In this document: piece after piece, positions 37,587-47,546 of the stretch
Position numbering within the stretch: position 1 is the first letter of the stretch
How the letters are laid out: each line of letters begins with the position of its first letter
Source: an uncultured Acidimicrobiales bacterium
GTDB taxonomy: Bacteria > Actinomycetota > Acidimicrobiia > Acidimicrobiales > SZUA-35
Assembly: GCA_938021675.1 (NCBI GenBank)
Contig: CALIFY010000041.1
Coordinates: forward strand, 8,588 to 72,587
Direction of reading: 5' to 3'
DNA length: 64,000 nt
Program-made: the position numbers and the translations under genes
Notes under the pieces: model-generated
The model's database searches: none
What the model saw: the letters and a program-made list of their open reading frames with translations, nothing else
What the model was told of the DNA's origin: nothing

Positions 37587-38606
37587 TTACTCGACCGTCC
37601 ACGTCGCGCCGGAGCGCAGCAATGCGCCAAGGTCGCCGGGGCCGGACTCTTCGTTCGCCGTCAATAGCTGGTTTGTCACCCCCGCACCATACTCGGGCGC
37701 TTCTACAGATCGGAACACTCCGAACGGGGTTGGGGTGAAGTTATCGTTCGACAGATTACCGAGGGCAAAGGCCAAAGCCGGATCTTCGACGTGCTCATCA
37801 TGGACAACCAGCTCTGACTCGTCGACGTCGGCAATCTTGACCACCAGGGCTTTGCCGTTCTCAATGATCACACCGCGATCATTCTCAGCACCAAACAGAA
37901 TCGGTTCCCCATGGGTGAGGTTGACCATCATTTCCGATCGGTTATCCCGTTTGAGGATGGCGTTGTAGGCCCCGTCGTTGAACACGTTGCAATTCTGGTA
38001 GATCTCGACCAGTGCGGCACCCTGGTGTTCGTGCGCCCGACGGAACACCTCGATCATGTGTTTGCGGTCGAGGTCGTGGGTTCGGGCCACGAAGGTAGCT
38101 CCGGCGCCCAGAGCCACGCTGATCGGATTGAACGGACGGTCGATCGAACCCATCGGGGTCGACTTCGTGACCTTCCCAACCTCGCTGGTCGGCGAATACT
38201 GGCCCTTGGTAAGACCGTAGATCTGGTTGTTGAACAACAGGATGGTGAAATTCACATTGCGACGGAGCGCGTGGATGAGATGGTTGCCGCCGATCGAAAG
38301 CATGTCGCCATCGCCGCCCACCACCCATACATCGAGGTCGGGTCGTGACATGGCGAGGCCGGTAGCGATCGCTGGCGCCCGGCCATGAATCGTGTGCATG
38401 CCGTAGGTCGACATGTAATAGGGGAACCGTGCGGCGCAACCGATGCCTGACACGAACGCGGTATTTTCCCGTTTGACCTCCAGCTCCGTGTGGAGGAACT
38501 GCATGGCGGCCAAGATCCCGTAATCACCGCAGCCTGGACACCACCGGACATCCTGATCGGAGGTCCAGTACCCCCGCTTCGTCGGATCGAGTTGGACATC
38601 AGTCAC
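37587..38606 (-). CDS. korB: 2-oxoacid:ferredoxin oxidoreductase, beta (TPP-binding) subunit
   Basis: Motifs are WCPGCGDYGIL, and VVGGDGDMLSIGGNHLIHALRRN (TPP GDG motif). Confidence 0.9.
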   Translation of the reverse strand: MTDVQLDPTKRGYWTSDQDVRWCPGCGDYGILAAMQFLHTELEVKRENTAFVSGIGCAARFPYYMSTYGMHTIHGRAPAIATGLAMSRPDLDVWVVGGDGDMLSIGGNHLIHALRRNVNFTILLFNNQIYGLTKGQYSPTSEVGKVTKSTPMGSIDRPFNPISVALGAGATFVARTHDLDRKHMIEVFRRAHEHQGAALVEIYQNCNVFNDGAYNAILKRDNRSEMMVNLTHGEPILFGAENDRGVIIENGKALVVKIADVDESELVVHDEHVEDPALAFALGNLSNDNFTPTPFGVFRSVEAPEYGAGVTNQLLTANEESGPGDLGALLRSGATWTVE

Positions 38607-40476
38607 TGAGCTTCATTCCTTCCCGAACGTTCTCGACCAGTTCGGCCGCAGTAAAGGGCGTCCCCATCACCTTGTTTATCGGCTTGGCGTCTACCAAGAA
38701 CTCGGCTCGCAGTAGCTTGACGAGCTGGCCCTTGTTCAACTCCGGCACGAACACATGTTTGCGATTCGACAGAACCTCACGAAGGTTCTGAGGGAACGGA
38801 TTGAGATGGGTCAGGTGGACGACATCGACCGCTACCCCATCGGCCCGAAGTCGCTCCGCGGCCGACGTGATCGATCCACGGGTTGAGCCCCAACCGACGA
38901 GCAAGACGTCGGCCCCGCCATCACCATCTACGACCACCTCGGGAATGTCGGCGGCGATGCCTTCGATCTTGGCCTGCCGAAGATCGGTCATCAGCGCGTG
39001 GTTCGTTGGGTCATAGTTTACGTTTCCGGTGACATTCTCTTTCTCAAGCCCGCCGACTCGGTGCTCAAGACCGGCGGTACCGGGAATGGCCCACGGTCGA
39101 GCGAGGGTCTCTTCGTCTCTGAGGTACGGGAGGAAGACGGCATCGCCGGTGGCGTCGGTCCCGTTTAACTCGGTGGCGAACTCGACGCTGATGTCGGGGA
39201 GAGAATCAACGTCTGGTAGCAGCCATGGCTCGGAGCCGTTGGCCAAGTAGCCATCGGTGAGCAGGATGACCGGCGTGCGATACTTCAACGCCAGACGGGA
39301 TGCCTCGATCGCGGCGTGGAAACAGTCGGCCGGTGTAGAGGCGGCGACGATCGGGAGCGGGGCTTCTCCGTGGCGGCCGTACATCGCCATCATCAGGTCG
39401 GACGCTTCGGTCTTGGTCGGCAGACCGGTGGACGGCCCGCCTCGCTGCACGTCGATGACTACCAGAGGTAACTCGATACTGACCGCCAGGCCGATCGTCT
39501 CCCCTTTGAGCGCCACGCCCGGCCCAGACGTCGTCGTGTAGGAAAGCGAGCCACCGAACGCGGCACCGAGTGCAGCACCGACGCCCGCTATCTCGTCCTC
39601 GGCTTGGAAGGTGCGAACACCAAAGTTCTTGTGTCGGCTCAACTCGTGGAGGATGTCCGAGGCTGGGGTGATCGGATAGGTGCCGAGGAAGACCGGCAGC
39701 TTGGCCAATTGGCCTGCGGCGACCATCCCCCAGGCCGTTGCCGTGTTTCCGGTGATGTTGGTATACATGCCTGGCTCTTGCGGAGCGGCCGCAACTTTGA
39801 ACGGCGATCCGAACATCTCTGCGGTCTCGCCAAAGGCATGCCCCGCTTTGAACGCCAACGTGTTTGCCGCTTCTACCGCCGGCAACTTGCCAAACTTGGC
39901 GGTAATCCAATCGAGGGTCGATTGGGTCGGCCGGGAATACATCCAACTGATCAGCCCAAGAGCGAAGAAGTTCTTCGAACGCTCGGCATCACGCTTCTTC
40001 ACGTCCAAGTCGGTGGTGGCCTCAAGGGTCAAGGACGTCATGTTGACACGATGGACCACGTAGTCGTCCAGCGAGCCGTCCTCTCGGGGATCGGCCTCGA
40101 AACCGGCTTTTTCCAGGTTGCGCTCATCGAACGCGTCATCGTTGAGGATGACCGTGCCGCCGGAACGGAGCCGGCTCAGCTCGCTTCGGAGCGCTGCAGG
40201 ATTCATCGCCACCAACACGTCGGGAGCGTCGCCCGGGGTGTGGATGTCGTGATCGGAGATGTGAACCTGGAAGGCCGACACCCCGGCCAGCGTGCCTTGT
40301 GGGGCACGAATCTCGGCCGGGAACTCTGGCAACGTGGCCAAGTCGTTTCCGGCGAGAGCGCTGGCCGAGGTGAAACGGTCCCCGGTCAGCTGCATGCCAT
40401 CACCTGAGTCTCCGGCGAAACGGATCACTACGTGATCCAGCATGCTGTCATCGATGCGATCGGCTGTGTCAGTCAC
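38599..40476 (-). CDS. korA: 2-oxoacid:ferredoxin oxidoreductase, alpha subunit
   Basis: 625 aa. Motifs are VVIRFAGDSGDGMQLTG and YPITPASDILH. 8-nt overlap with korB. Confidence 0.9.
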   Translation of the reverse strand: MTDTADRIDDSMLDHVVIRFAGDSGDGMQLTGDRFTSASALAGNDLATLPEFPAEIRAPQGTLAGVSAFQVHISDHDIHTPGDAPDVLVAMNPAALRSELSRLRSGGTVILNDDAFDERNLEKAGFEADPREDGSLDDYVVHRVNMTSLTLEATTDLDVKKRDAERSKNFFALGLISWMYSRPTQSTLDWITAKFGKLPAVEAANTLAFKAGHAFGETAEMFGSPFKVAAAPQEPGMYTNITGNTATAWGMVAAGQLAKLPVFLGTYPITPASDILHELSRHKNFGVRTFQAEDEIAGVGAALGAAFGGSLSYTTTSGPGVALKGETIGLAVSIELPLVVIDVQRGGPSTGLPTKTEASDLMMAMYGRHGEAPLPIVAASTPADCFHAAIEASRLALKYRTPVILLTDGYLANGSEPWLLPDVDSLPDISVEFATELNGTDATGDAVFLPYLRDEETLARPWAIPGTAGLEHRVGGLEKENVTGNVNYDPTNHALMTDLRQAKIEGIAADIPEVVVDGDGGADVLLVGWGSTRGSITSAAERLRADGVAVDVVHLTHLNPFPQNLREVLSNRKHVFVPELNKGQLVKLLRAEFLVDAKPINKVMGTPFTAAELVENVREGMKLSD

Positions 40477-40711
40477 GTGATCCCCTCTGGATGAGGTGTT
40501 GGAGGATGGGGCGGGTTCGCCTCAACGCGCAGAGCGCCGGGTCCGACCTCTCGTAACAGTGCTGGGTCAGGTACACCGTAGCTCGGTATTTTCGTTGCCG
40601 GGCACCCACCGAACAGTTTCGACCATCGATGCCACCGATTCGACACCTCCCATAACGAGAATAGGCGCTCTCCCCCGGCACCGCGGCCGATGGGTGACTA
40701 ACTTTGCGTCG

Positions 40712-41899
40712 ATGAGCAGGGTTCCATATCTCGCCAGTCGACTTCAGGGATTCAACACAACAATCTTCGCCGAGATGTCGAGGCTGGCGGCCGAGACCGG
40801 TGCCATCAACCTCGGCCAGGGATTCCCCGATACCGATGGCCCGGCAGAGATACGTGGCACCGCCATAGCGGCCATCGAGCAGGGCCAAAACCAATATCCT
40901 CCCGGACCGGGCACCGCCGACCTACGCCATGCGGTGGCCGACCACCAACAGCGGTTCTGGAATATTGACGTCGACCCAGATCAAGAGGTCCTGATCACCG
41001 CCGGGGCGACCGAGGCCATCGCCGCCTCACTGCTGGCGCTGTGCGAGACTGGAGACGAGGTGGTGGTATTCGACCCAACCTACGACTCCTACGCCGCCGG
41101 GATCGCCATGGCCGGCGCCGTGATGCGACCGGTGCTGCTCCGGCCGCCAGACCCAGCTGACGGGCAACGATTCTGGTTTGATCCCGATGAGCTAGCAAAG
41201 GCGTTCTCGGCCAAAACCAGGCTCGTGCTGCTCAACACGCCACACAACCCAACCGGCAAGGTGTTTACCGTCGACGAGTTGGCGATGGTGGCCGAGCTTT
41301 GCCTGCGCCACGATGTGATAGCGGTGACCGACGAGGTCTACGAACACCTCGTCTTCGATGGTGAACATCGACCGCTCGCCACGTTCCCCGGGATGGCCAC
41401 TCGTACGATCACCGTGTCGTCTGGCGGTAAGACCTTTTCGCTTACCGGCTGGAAGATCGGCTGGGCGGTCGGGACAGCGGAACTTATCTCAGCGGTGCGA
41501 ACCGCCAAGCAATACCTGACGTTCGCCAACGGCACGCCGTTCCAACCGGCTATCGCCGCCGGACTCCGACTCGGTGACGACTACTTCGAACGATTCCGCG
41601 ACGAGTTGCTGGCCAAGCGTGACCTGCTGTGTGGATTGCTGACCGAGGCCGGCCTCCTGGCGTATCGACCAGAGGGTACATACTTTGTCAACGCCGACGT
41701 CTCGGCGGCCGGAATCGGAGACGGCATCGAGTTTTGTCGACGCCTGCCGGAACTCGCCGGCGTCGTAGCCATTCCAAGCGCCGCGTTCTATCACGACCGA
41801 GATGACGGCGCCGCGCTCATACGGCTCTGTTTCGCCAAAAAGGACGGGGTCCTGACCGAAGCCGGGCAACGGATGATCGGCGCCGCGTTCACCGGCTGA
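40712..41899 (+). CDS. Class I/II PLP-dependent aminotransferase
   Basis: Motifs are INLGQGFPD, LNTPHNPTGKVF, and SSGGKTFSLTGWKIGW (Schiff-base Lys). ATG 40712 gives a family-typical N-terminus (MSRVPYLASRLQGF); the track start 40496 adds an Arg-rich non-homologous extension. Confidence 0.85.
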   Translation: MSRVPYLASRLQGFNTTIFAEMSRLAAETGAINLGQGFPDTDGPAEIRGTAIAAIEQGQNQYPPGPGTADLRHAVADHQQRFWNIDVDPDQEVLITAGATEAIAASLLALCETGDEVVVFDPTYDSYAAGIAMAGAVMRPVLLRPPDPADGQRFWFDPDELAKAFSAKTRLVLLNTPHNPTGKVFTVDELAMVAELCLRHDVIAVTDEVYEHLVFDGEHRPLATFPGMATRTITVSSGGKTFSLTGWKIGWAVGTAELISAVRTAKQYLTFANGTPFQPAIAAGLRLGDDYFERFRDELLAKRDLLCGLLTEAGLLAYRPEGTYFVNADVSAAGIGDGIEFCRRLPELAGVVAIPSAAFYHDRDDGAALIRLCFAKKDGVLTEAGQRMIGAAFTG

Positions 41900-42130
41900 T
41901 CCTGCATCGAATCTAGTCGGACAACCCGTGATGTCGATGGCGTACTTCGACGCGCCGTGGGTACCCATTCCCGGCGTGACCAGGCCGATCGGCCTCGCCA
42001 AATTAGACGTTCACCTACCTCGTACCTCCAATTCTCTGGGCGCCAATAGCGAAACAACCCAATCGTTGCAGAGGCACATTCGGGACCGCCGAAGAACTGG
42101 TCGTACCTGTCATTTTCCAGACACTATTTC

Positions 42131-45100
42131 ATGGGGCAACGTGCTATGGCGGCAAGTCAGCGAATCCGAAGATCGGCACTCGCAGTGTGTATCGCAGCCT
42201 CCGGGCTGGCGGCATTTCCGGTGACGGCAGCCGAGGCCGCGGCGACGACCTGCGGCGGGTTGATATTCCAAGACTTCGACGCCGACGGCGAACGGGTCGA
42301 AGACTATTCCTATGTCTCCAGCCAGTATGCCGCGGTCCCCGACGCCGGCGTTGATGGCCTAACGGTCACCGTCACCGATGCCCAAGGCGACGTGTTCATC
42401 GATACCACCGACTCCCAGGGAGTATGGTCGGTCGACCTCGACACCGCCGACTTTCCGATTCGGGTCGACATCACCGGGTACCCGAGCACCTGGTCGCCCG
42501 GTCCGGTCGGGCCCGATTCGGCAACGCTCAACCAGTACATCGTCGACCCGGCAGAGTGCACTGGCCCATTCGACGGCATCGGCCCGGTTGGCAATGCCAG
42601 CATCACCGCTCCCGGCTCGTTCTGCGAGAACCGACCGGAGTTCGTCACCTCCTGCTTCCTTTTCGGAAACGTCGCATCCCACGACGACGAGGCGGCGGTG
42701 GTATCGGTCATCGACGGAGCCGCCGACAATGGCGCCACGACCGGAACGAACTGGCAAGACGATCCATACACCGTCCTGGCAACCCTCGGAGACGTCGGAA
42801 CGATCTACGGTCTCGACACCCGCCCCCAAGACCAGTCGACGTATGTGGCGTCCTTCGTCAAGCGTCATACCCGACTCGGGCCGACCGGCAACCCGACAAC
42901 GATCTACCGGATCGACGGAAGCGGACCGGCCCCATGGTTCACGGTCGACCCGTCTGCCACCGATCCACACTCCGGCGCCGTCGATGGCTGGCTCAACGAC
43001 TTCGACGCATTCGATGCCGTCGGCAAGACCGGTCTCGGCGACCTTGAGATCTCGCCAGACGGCAACACCCTATTCACCATCGACCTGGCCAACCGGCAAC
43101 TCATCGAAGTACCGATCAACGCCGACGGCTCGCCCGACACCGGAGCGGTGACTCGCACCCTCATCACCGCCGCCGCTCTCGGCGTCGGATGTGCCGACGA
43201 CGACGTCCGGCCGTTCGGCCTCGGGTTCGACGAGAACGGCTCACTGCTCGTCGGCGTGGTCTGCTCTGGCCAGTCGACGGTGGCCGCCGACTCCCTCCCA
43301 GTAGACGCCACGACGGGCGATCCGCTGATCAGCGGTGCGCCAAGTCCATTCGCGACCCGCCCTGAGGGCTGGGTCTTCTCCTACAACGGCTCGTTCTCCA
43401 GGCTGGTCGACGTGCCACTACCCGATACCACCCGCGGCACCCAAAACGGGCAGACGACCGGTCCCAACGCCTTCCGAGGCCAGACCGACTGGCGGCCTTG
43501 GGTCTCCGAAGCACCATTCGACGTGGACTTCGCCGGCTGGCCAACCGGGGCTGCAACATGGGCCCAGCCGATCATCTCTGACATCGAGGCCGACGGCGAC
43601 GATCTGGTTATCGGAGTGATGGACCGTTGGGCCCACCAAACCGGATCAAACGCCTTCTACCGGACCGACGCCGGCGACATCCGCCAAATCGCTCAGCCCA
43701 TCAGCTCCTCGGACACACTCCGAGCCGTAGCTTCCAGCAGCGGATACACCGTGCCGACAAACGGCACCGATTTCTTCTACGACGGGGACGACTACCTCAG
43801 CACCCACTCCGAGACCACACTCGGCTCGGCCGGGCAAATCCCGGGACGACCATATACCGTCACCAACTCGTTCGATCCAATCGAACTGCCAGCGACCTGG
43901 CAATCCGGTGGACTCGAATGGTTCGACAACTCTGGACTCGGTACCCTGACCGCCGGCCAGCACGTCCGTGGCTACCGCCTCTACGACGGCAACGATGGCG
44001 TGTTCGGCGACGGGTCGAGCGCCACGGTCGGCACCTTCGAAAAGGCCGCCGGCATCGGAGACCTGCAGGCTCGTTGCGGCGAGGCCCCGATCCAGGTCGG
44101 CAACCGCATCTGGCACGACGCCAACAACGACGGCATCGCCGACCCCGGCGAGACGCCGTTGGCAGGAATCCTCGTCGAACTCGTAGATGCCAACGGGAAC
44201 GTGGTCGACAGCGTCGCCACAAACGCAGCCGGCGAATACTTGTTCGACGAGCTGGTCAACGGAGCGGCGTATACCATCCGAGTCGCAGCATCAAACCTGA
44301 CGACCGGCGGGCCGCTAGCTTCCGGCGGCACCTATGAGGGTCTTACCCTCCCAGCTCTCGCCAACATCGGAAACGATGACGGCATCGACTCCGACGCCGT
44401 TCTGGTCGGAGGTCTTCCCAGCATCGAATTCACCGCCTCGGAGACCGACCACACGCTAGACATCGGACTCATCGATTCGCTGAGTCTCGGAAACACCGTA
44501 TGGCTCGATCAAGATGGCGACGGCACCCAAAACGGAGCCGAGCCGGGGATTGCTGGAGTCGAGGTTCAGCTCTGGAGCGTCGACGCCAACGGTGCCCCAC
44601 TGGCCATGCTCGCTACCGACACCACGGACACCGACGGCCAGTACCGGTTCGACGATCTGGCCCCCGGTGACTACATCGTTGCAATCGCCGACACACAAGC
44701 GGCATCGTCGGCCCCCCTCGACGGTCTGTTCTCGACCGCCGGAAACGGTGCGGCCCCCGATCCAGATGACGACGTCGATAACGATGACAACGGCGACCCA
44801 GCCCCCGGGTTCGCTTCGATAAGCACTCCGATCACCCTCGCCACCGGCACCGAGCCGGCCACCAACCACAACCCGACGGTCGACTTTGGCTTCACCGCCA
44901 CCGCTGGCCTCGGTGACCTCGTGTTCCTCGATGAAGATCGAGACGGCCAGCGAGACCCTGGCGAACCGGGTGTCCCGGGCGTCACGGTGATGGTCATCGA
45001 CGAAGACACCGGCGGTGTCGTGGCCACAGTCGTCACCGACGCAAACGGCAATTACCTGGTGACCGGTCTTACCCCCGGTCGGTATCGGGTGACGTTCGAC

Positions 45101-45604
45101 GATCCCCAGGGTCGGCGGTTCACAGCCACAGACAACGGCGACGACGCATCCGACTCCGATGCGTCTAGTTCAGGAACCACCGGCGTCGTGGAGCTTTCGG
45201 CTGGCGAACTCGATCTCACCATCGATGCCGGCCTGATCGTTGACGAGCCGACGGTGCCCCCAACGGTGCCAACAAACACACCACCAGCGACGGTGCCTCC
45301 AAATACACCACCAGCGACCGACCCTCCAGTCGTCGATACGCCACCGACGACCGCTGGATCGACCTCTAGCAGGACGGTAACAACAAGCGAAACGGTGACG
45401 ACCAGTGTGACGTCGACACCCCCCGGTGACGATCCAGATCAGCCGGTGAGTGTCGATGGTGCCGACAGCGAGCGCGAGGTGCCAGCCTTGGCCCTCACCG
45501 GTACCAATCTCACCATCGTGTCGACGGGGGCGGCTCTCATCCTGCTAGCGGCGGGGATGCTGTTGACGGTGGTAAGCCGTCGACGCAAACAGTCCGTGGC
45601 CTGA
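42131..45604 (+). CDS. Large cell-wall-anchored surface protein: signal peptide, about 600-aa N-terminal domain, three SdrD-B/Cna-B-like repeats, Thr/Pro stalk, LAxTG sorting signal
   Basis: The signal reads SALAVCIAASGLAAFPVTAAEA. The repeats read GNRIWHDANNDGIADPGE...AGEYLFDEL, GNTVWLDQDGDGTQNGAEPG...DGQYRFDDLAPGDY, and GDLVFLDEDRDGQRDPGEPG...NGNYLVTGLTPGRY. The C-terminus is LALTG + hydrophobic helix + RRRK. Confidence 0.85.
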   Translation: MGQRAMAASQRIRRSALAVCIAASGLAAFPVTAAEAAATTCGGLIFQDFDADGERVEDYSYVSSQYAAVPDAGVDGLTVTVTDAQGDVFIDTTDSQGVWSVDLDTADFPIRVDITGYPSTWSPGPVGPDSATLNQYIVDPAECTGPFDGIGPVGNASITAPGSFCENRPEFVTSCFLFGNVASHDDEAAVVSVIDGAADNGATTGTNWQDDPYTVLATLGDVGTIYGLDTRPQDQSTYVASFVKRHTRLGPTGNPTTIYRIDGSGPAPWFTVDPSATDPHSGAVDGWLNDFDAFDAVGKTGLGDLEISPDGNTLFTIDLANRQLIEVPINADGSPDTGAVTRTLITAAALGVGCADDDVRPFGLGFDENGSLLVGVVCSGQSTVAADSLPVDATTGDPLISGAPSPFATRPEGWVFSYNGSFSRLVDVPLPDTTRGTQNGQTTGPNAFRGQTDWRPWVSEAPFDVDFAGWPTGAATWAQPIISDIEADGDDLVIGVMDRWAHQTGSNAFYRTDAGDIRQIAQPISSSDTLRAVASSSGYTVPTNGTDFFYDGDDYLSTHSETTLGSAGQIPGRPYTVTNSFDPIELPATWQSGGLEWFDNSGLGTLTAGQHVRGYRLYDGNDGVFGDGSSATVGTFEKAAGIGDLQARCGEAPIQVGNRIWHDANNDGIADPGETPLAGILVELVDANGNVVDSVATNAAGEYLFDELVNGAAYTIRVAASNLTTGGPLASGGTYEGLTLPALANIGNDDGIDSDAVLVGGLPSIEFTASETDHTLDIGLIDSLSLGNTVWLDQDGDGTQNGAEPGIAGVEVQLWSVDANGAPLAMLATDTTDTDGQYRFDDLAPGDYIVAIADTQAASSAPLDGLFSTAGNGAAPDPDDDVDNDDNGDPAPGFASISTPITLATGTEPATNHNPTVDFGFTATAGLGDLVFLDEDRDGQRDPGEPGVPGVTVMVIDEDTGGVVATVVTDANGNYLVTGLTPGRYRVTFDDPQGRRFTATDNGDDASDSDASSSGTTGVVELSAGELDLTIDAGLIVDEPTVPPTVPTNTPPATVPPNTPPATDPPVVDTPPTTAGSTSSRTVTTSETVTTSVTSTPPGDDPDQPVSVDGADSEREVPALALTGTNLTIVSTGAALILLAAGMLLTVVSRRRKQSVA

Positions 45605-45617
45605 GCGGACCGGTGGG

Positions 45618-45645
45618 TCGACTACCGGACCAGCCCGGTAGTCGA
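45618..45645. terminator. Hairpin between convergent genes (possible bidirectional terminator)
   Basis: Perfect 11-bp inverted repeat TCGACTACCGG-ACCAGC-CCGGTAGTCGA, filling the 41-nt gap between the stops at 45604 and 45646. No U-tract. Confidence 0.55.
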
Positions 45646-47427
45646 TCAGAAGTCATCGACGACTCGGTCGCCGGTTAGTTTGTCTGCGGCGTCGGCCCGC
45701 CGTTGAACTGCGGTCAACTCACCCAGGTTGGCCACGAACAACACTGCGGAGGCGGCGGTGATCGCCCCGCCGATAGCCAGCAAGCTAACGGTCAACACAC
45801 CCGAGAAGACGGCCCCCACCAAGGCGAACGTTGCCACGATGGCCAGGTAGATGCCCAGCATGCGCAGAACGGCCTGGAAATGACGGCGCACGAGCTGTTC
45901 ACAAATGGAGAAGCCAGCGGCCGTGGCCAGCAACAGGGTGGTGACTCCCAGCCCGTCGAACAAAAAGACCGACGCCACCGACAGGAGTAACAGCGGCACG
46001 CTGATGGCGGCCCAAAGCGCGAGGAGCCACCCGGCCTCCTGGGGCGCGGCCATGGGAATAGCGGGATTGGTCAGGTGAGCCCGAATATCTCGATCGGGAC
46101 GGTCCCCCCGAACCAGCCGCCGCCGAAGGTCGCACAGCTCGACTCCCTGCCGCAACAAATCGCTCAGCCGACCGGACTCGTCGGCGAACTCGCCCGGCGT
46201 GTCCGACTGCTGGACGACGGGCAGCAGTCGAAGCGTGCGGGCCACCTCCTCGTCCAGGTGTCCAAGTGTGATATCGAGGTTGTCGACACCGGCCTCGACC
46301 GGGGCCCGTGACGGCGGATTGGAACCATGGAGCCCAGCGAATCCGATCGGGTCGGCCCACGAGGTGCGGATCTCGCCCGAGCGAGAGAATTTCGGTCCGG
46401 AGGGTCCACGCTCGCCGTTGGTCGGATCTCCGGTGTCGAGTCCCCACAGGCCACGGAAACCGCCGAAACATGGCCGCTCTTCGTCGAGGAGCTGCACGTC
46501 CCAGTTCCCCACTTCCCGACCGTCACCCGTTGCCGCATCGACGAACGGCATACCGAGGGCGGGGCCCAGTCCGCGCTCGGCGGCCTGGTCCCGAATGCGC
46601 AGCATCCGCCGAGCCCATCGCTGGAGCCGGAGCAGCCATCGCAGCCCCGGGACGTCGATTCGGGTCACATAGTCACCGGGACGGAAATAGAGGGCGTGGG
46701 AGCCGGCACCGGCGAACAGCACCGGCCGATCACCAACTTTGCGACACTCCGGATCGTCCCAATGACGGCGAAGGTCGGGGCCCCCATTTTCGTGGTTCGA
46801 CGCGGTGACCCAGATCGGCTGGCCGTCGTCGGGGTCGCAGATGACCCATGCCTGTTCCCAGTCGGCCTCATGGTCGTTGAGACCCCGGTAACTGCTTCGC
46901 CAATCGTTCATGACATAGAAGTACGCGTAGTGAAGCACTCGCCACCCGGCGAAGTCGAGCACACGGCCGTACACCACCGGTTTGCGATGGAGGTTCAATC
47001 GCTCTGCCTTGAGCGAGCATGCCGCCGTCGTCAACCGTGGAGTTGTCGGCCGGAGCAACACGCTCAACAGGAACAAGGCATCGAGAATCCGACCAAACAG
47101 CCCGACCCGACCAAGCCGTGGGCCGAGGAGCTTCCTGGCCACCCGTCGAGCCTCTTCTTTGACAACCGACCGGCGCTCCAGGTCGGACACGAACTGCAGA
47201 AACGTGCCTTCCGGAAGACGGTGGTCGAGGTCCTTTTCTTCGATTTCTCCCTCGGCCACTAGAGGCTCACCGTTCGCCATAAGCGAGCTGGCGGCCAGGT
47301 ACCCCTCGATGTCGGTAGGGAAAAACAGCTCTCGGCCGTCGTAACGAATGATCGGCGCGTGCTTGCGCAGCAGATCCAATGGATCTGGTCGGTCCGACGA
47401 TTGGTTATCCAAGTGCGAGGTGTTCAT
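45646..47427 (-). CDS. Vps62/DUF946-like domain protein with C-terminal multi-pass membrane region (hypothetical)
   Basis: 593 aa. The region VVYGRVLDFAGWRVLHYAYFYVMNDW...NDHEADWEQAWV...VTASNHENG...PVLFAGAGSHALYF resembles the H-x-x-DWE core of Vps62-type proteins. The C-terminal about 130 aa contain 3-4 helices. Confidence 0.35.
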   Translation of the reverse strand: MNTSHLDNQSSDRPDPLDLLRKHAPIIRYDGRELFFPTDIEGYLAASSLMANGEPLVAEGEIEEKDLDHRLPEGTFLQFVSDLERRSVVKEEARRVARKLLGPRLGRVGLFGRILDALFLLSVLLRPTTPRLTTAACSLKAERLNLHRKPVVYGRVLDFAGWRVLHYAYFYVMNDWRSSYRGLNDHEADWEQAWVICDPDDGQPIWVTASNHENGGPDLRRHWDDPECRKVGDRPVLFAGAGSHALYFRPGDYVTRIDVPGLRWLLRLQRWARRMLRIRDQAAERGLGPALGMPFVDAATGDGREVGNWDVQLLDEERPCFGGFRGLWGLDTGDPTNGERGPSGPKFSRSGEIRTSWADPIGFAGLHGSNPPSRAPVEAGVDNLDITLGHLDEEVARTLRLLPVVQQSDTPGEFADESGRLSDLLRQGVELCDLRRRLVRGDRPDRDIRAHLTNPAIPMAAPQEAGWLLALWAAISVPLLLLSVASVFLFDGLGVTTLLLATAAGFSICEQLVRRHFQAVLRMLGIYLAIVATFALVGAVFSGVLTVSLLAIGGAITAASAVLFVANLGELTAVQRRADAADKLTGDRVVDDF

Positions 47428-47546
47428 CGGTTCGAATCTCTTCGAGGGTACGCCAAAACGAAGCGAGTGCCGGCGGACAACGCTCCGACGACACTCGCTT
47501 CGATAAAGATCGAGACACCGAATCTACGGTGGTGGATACCCGCGGG

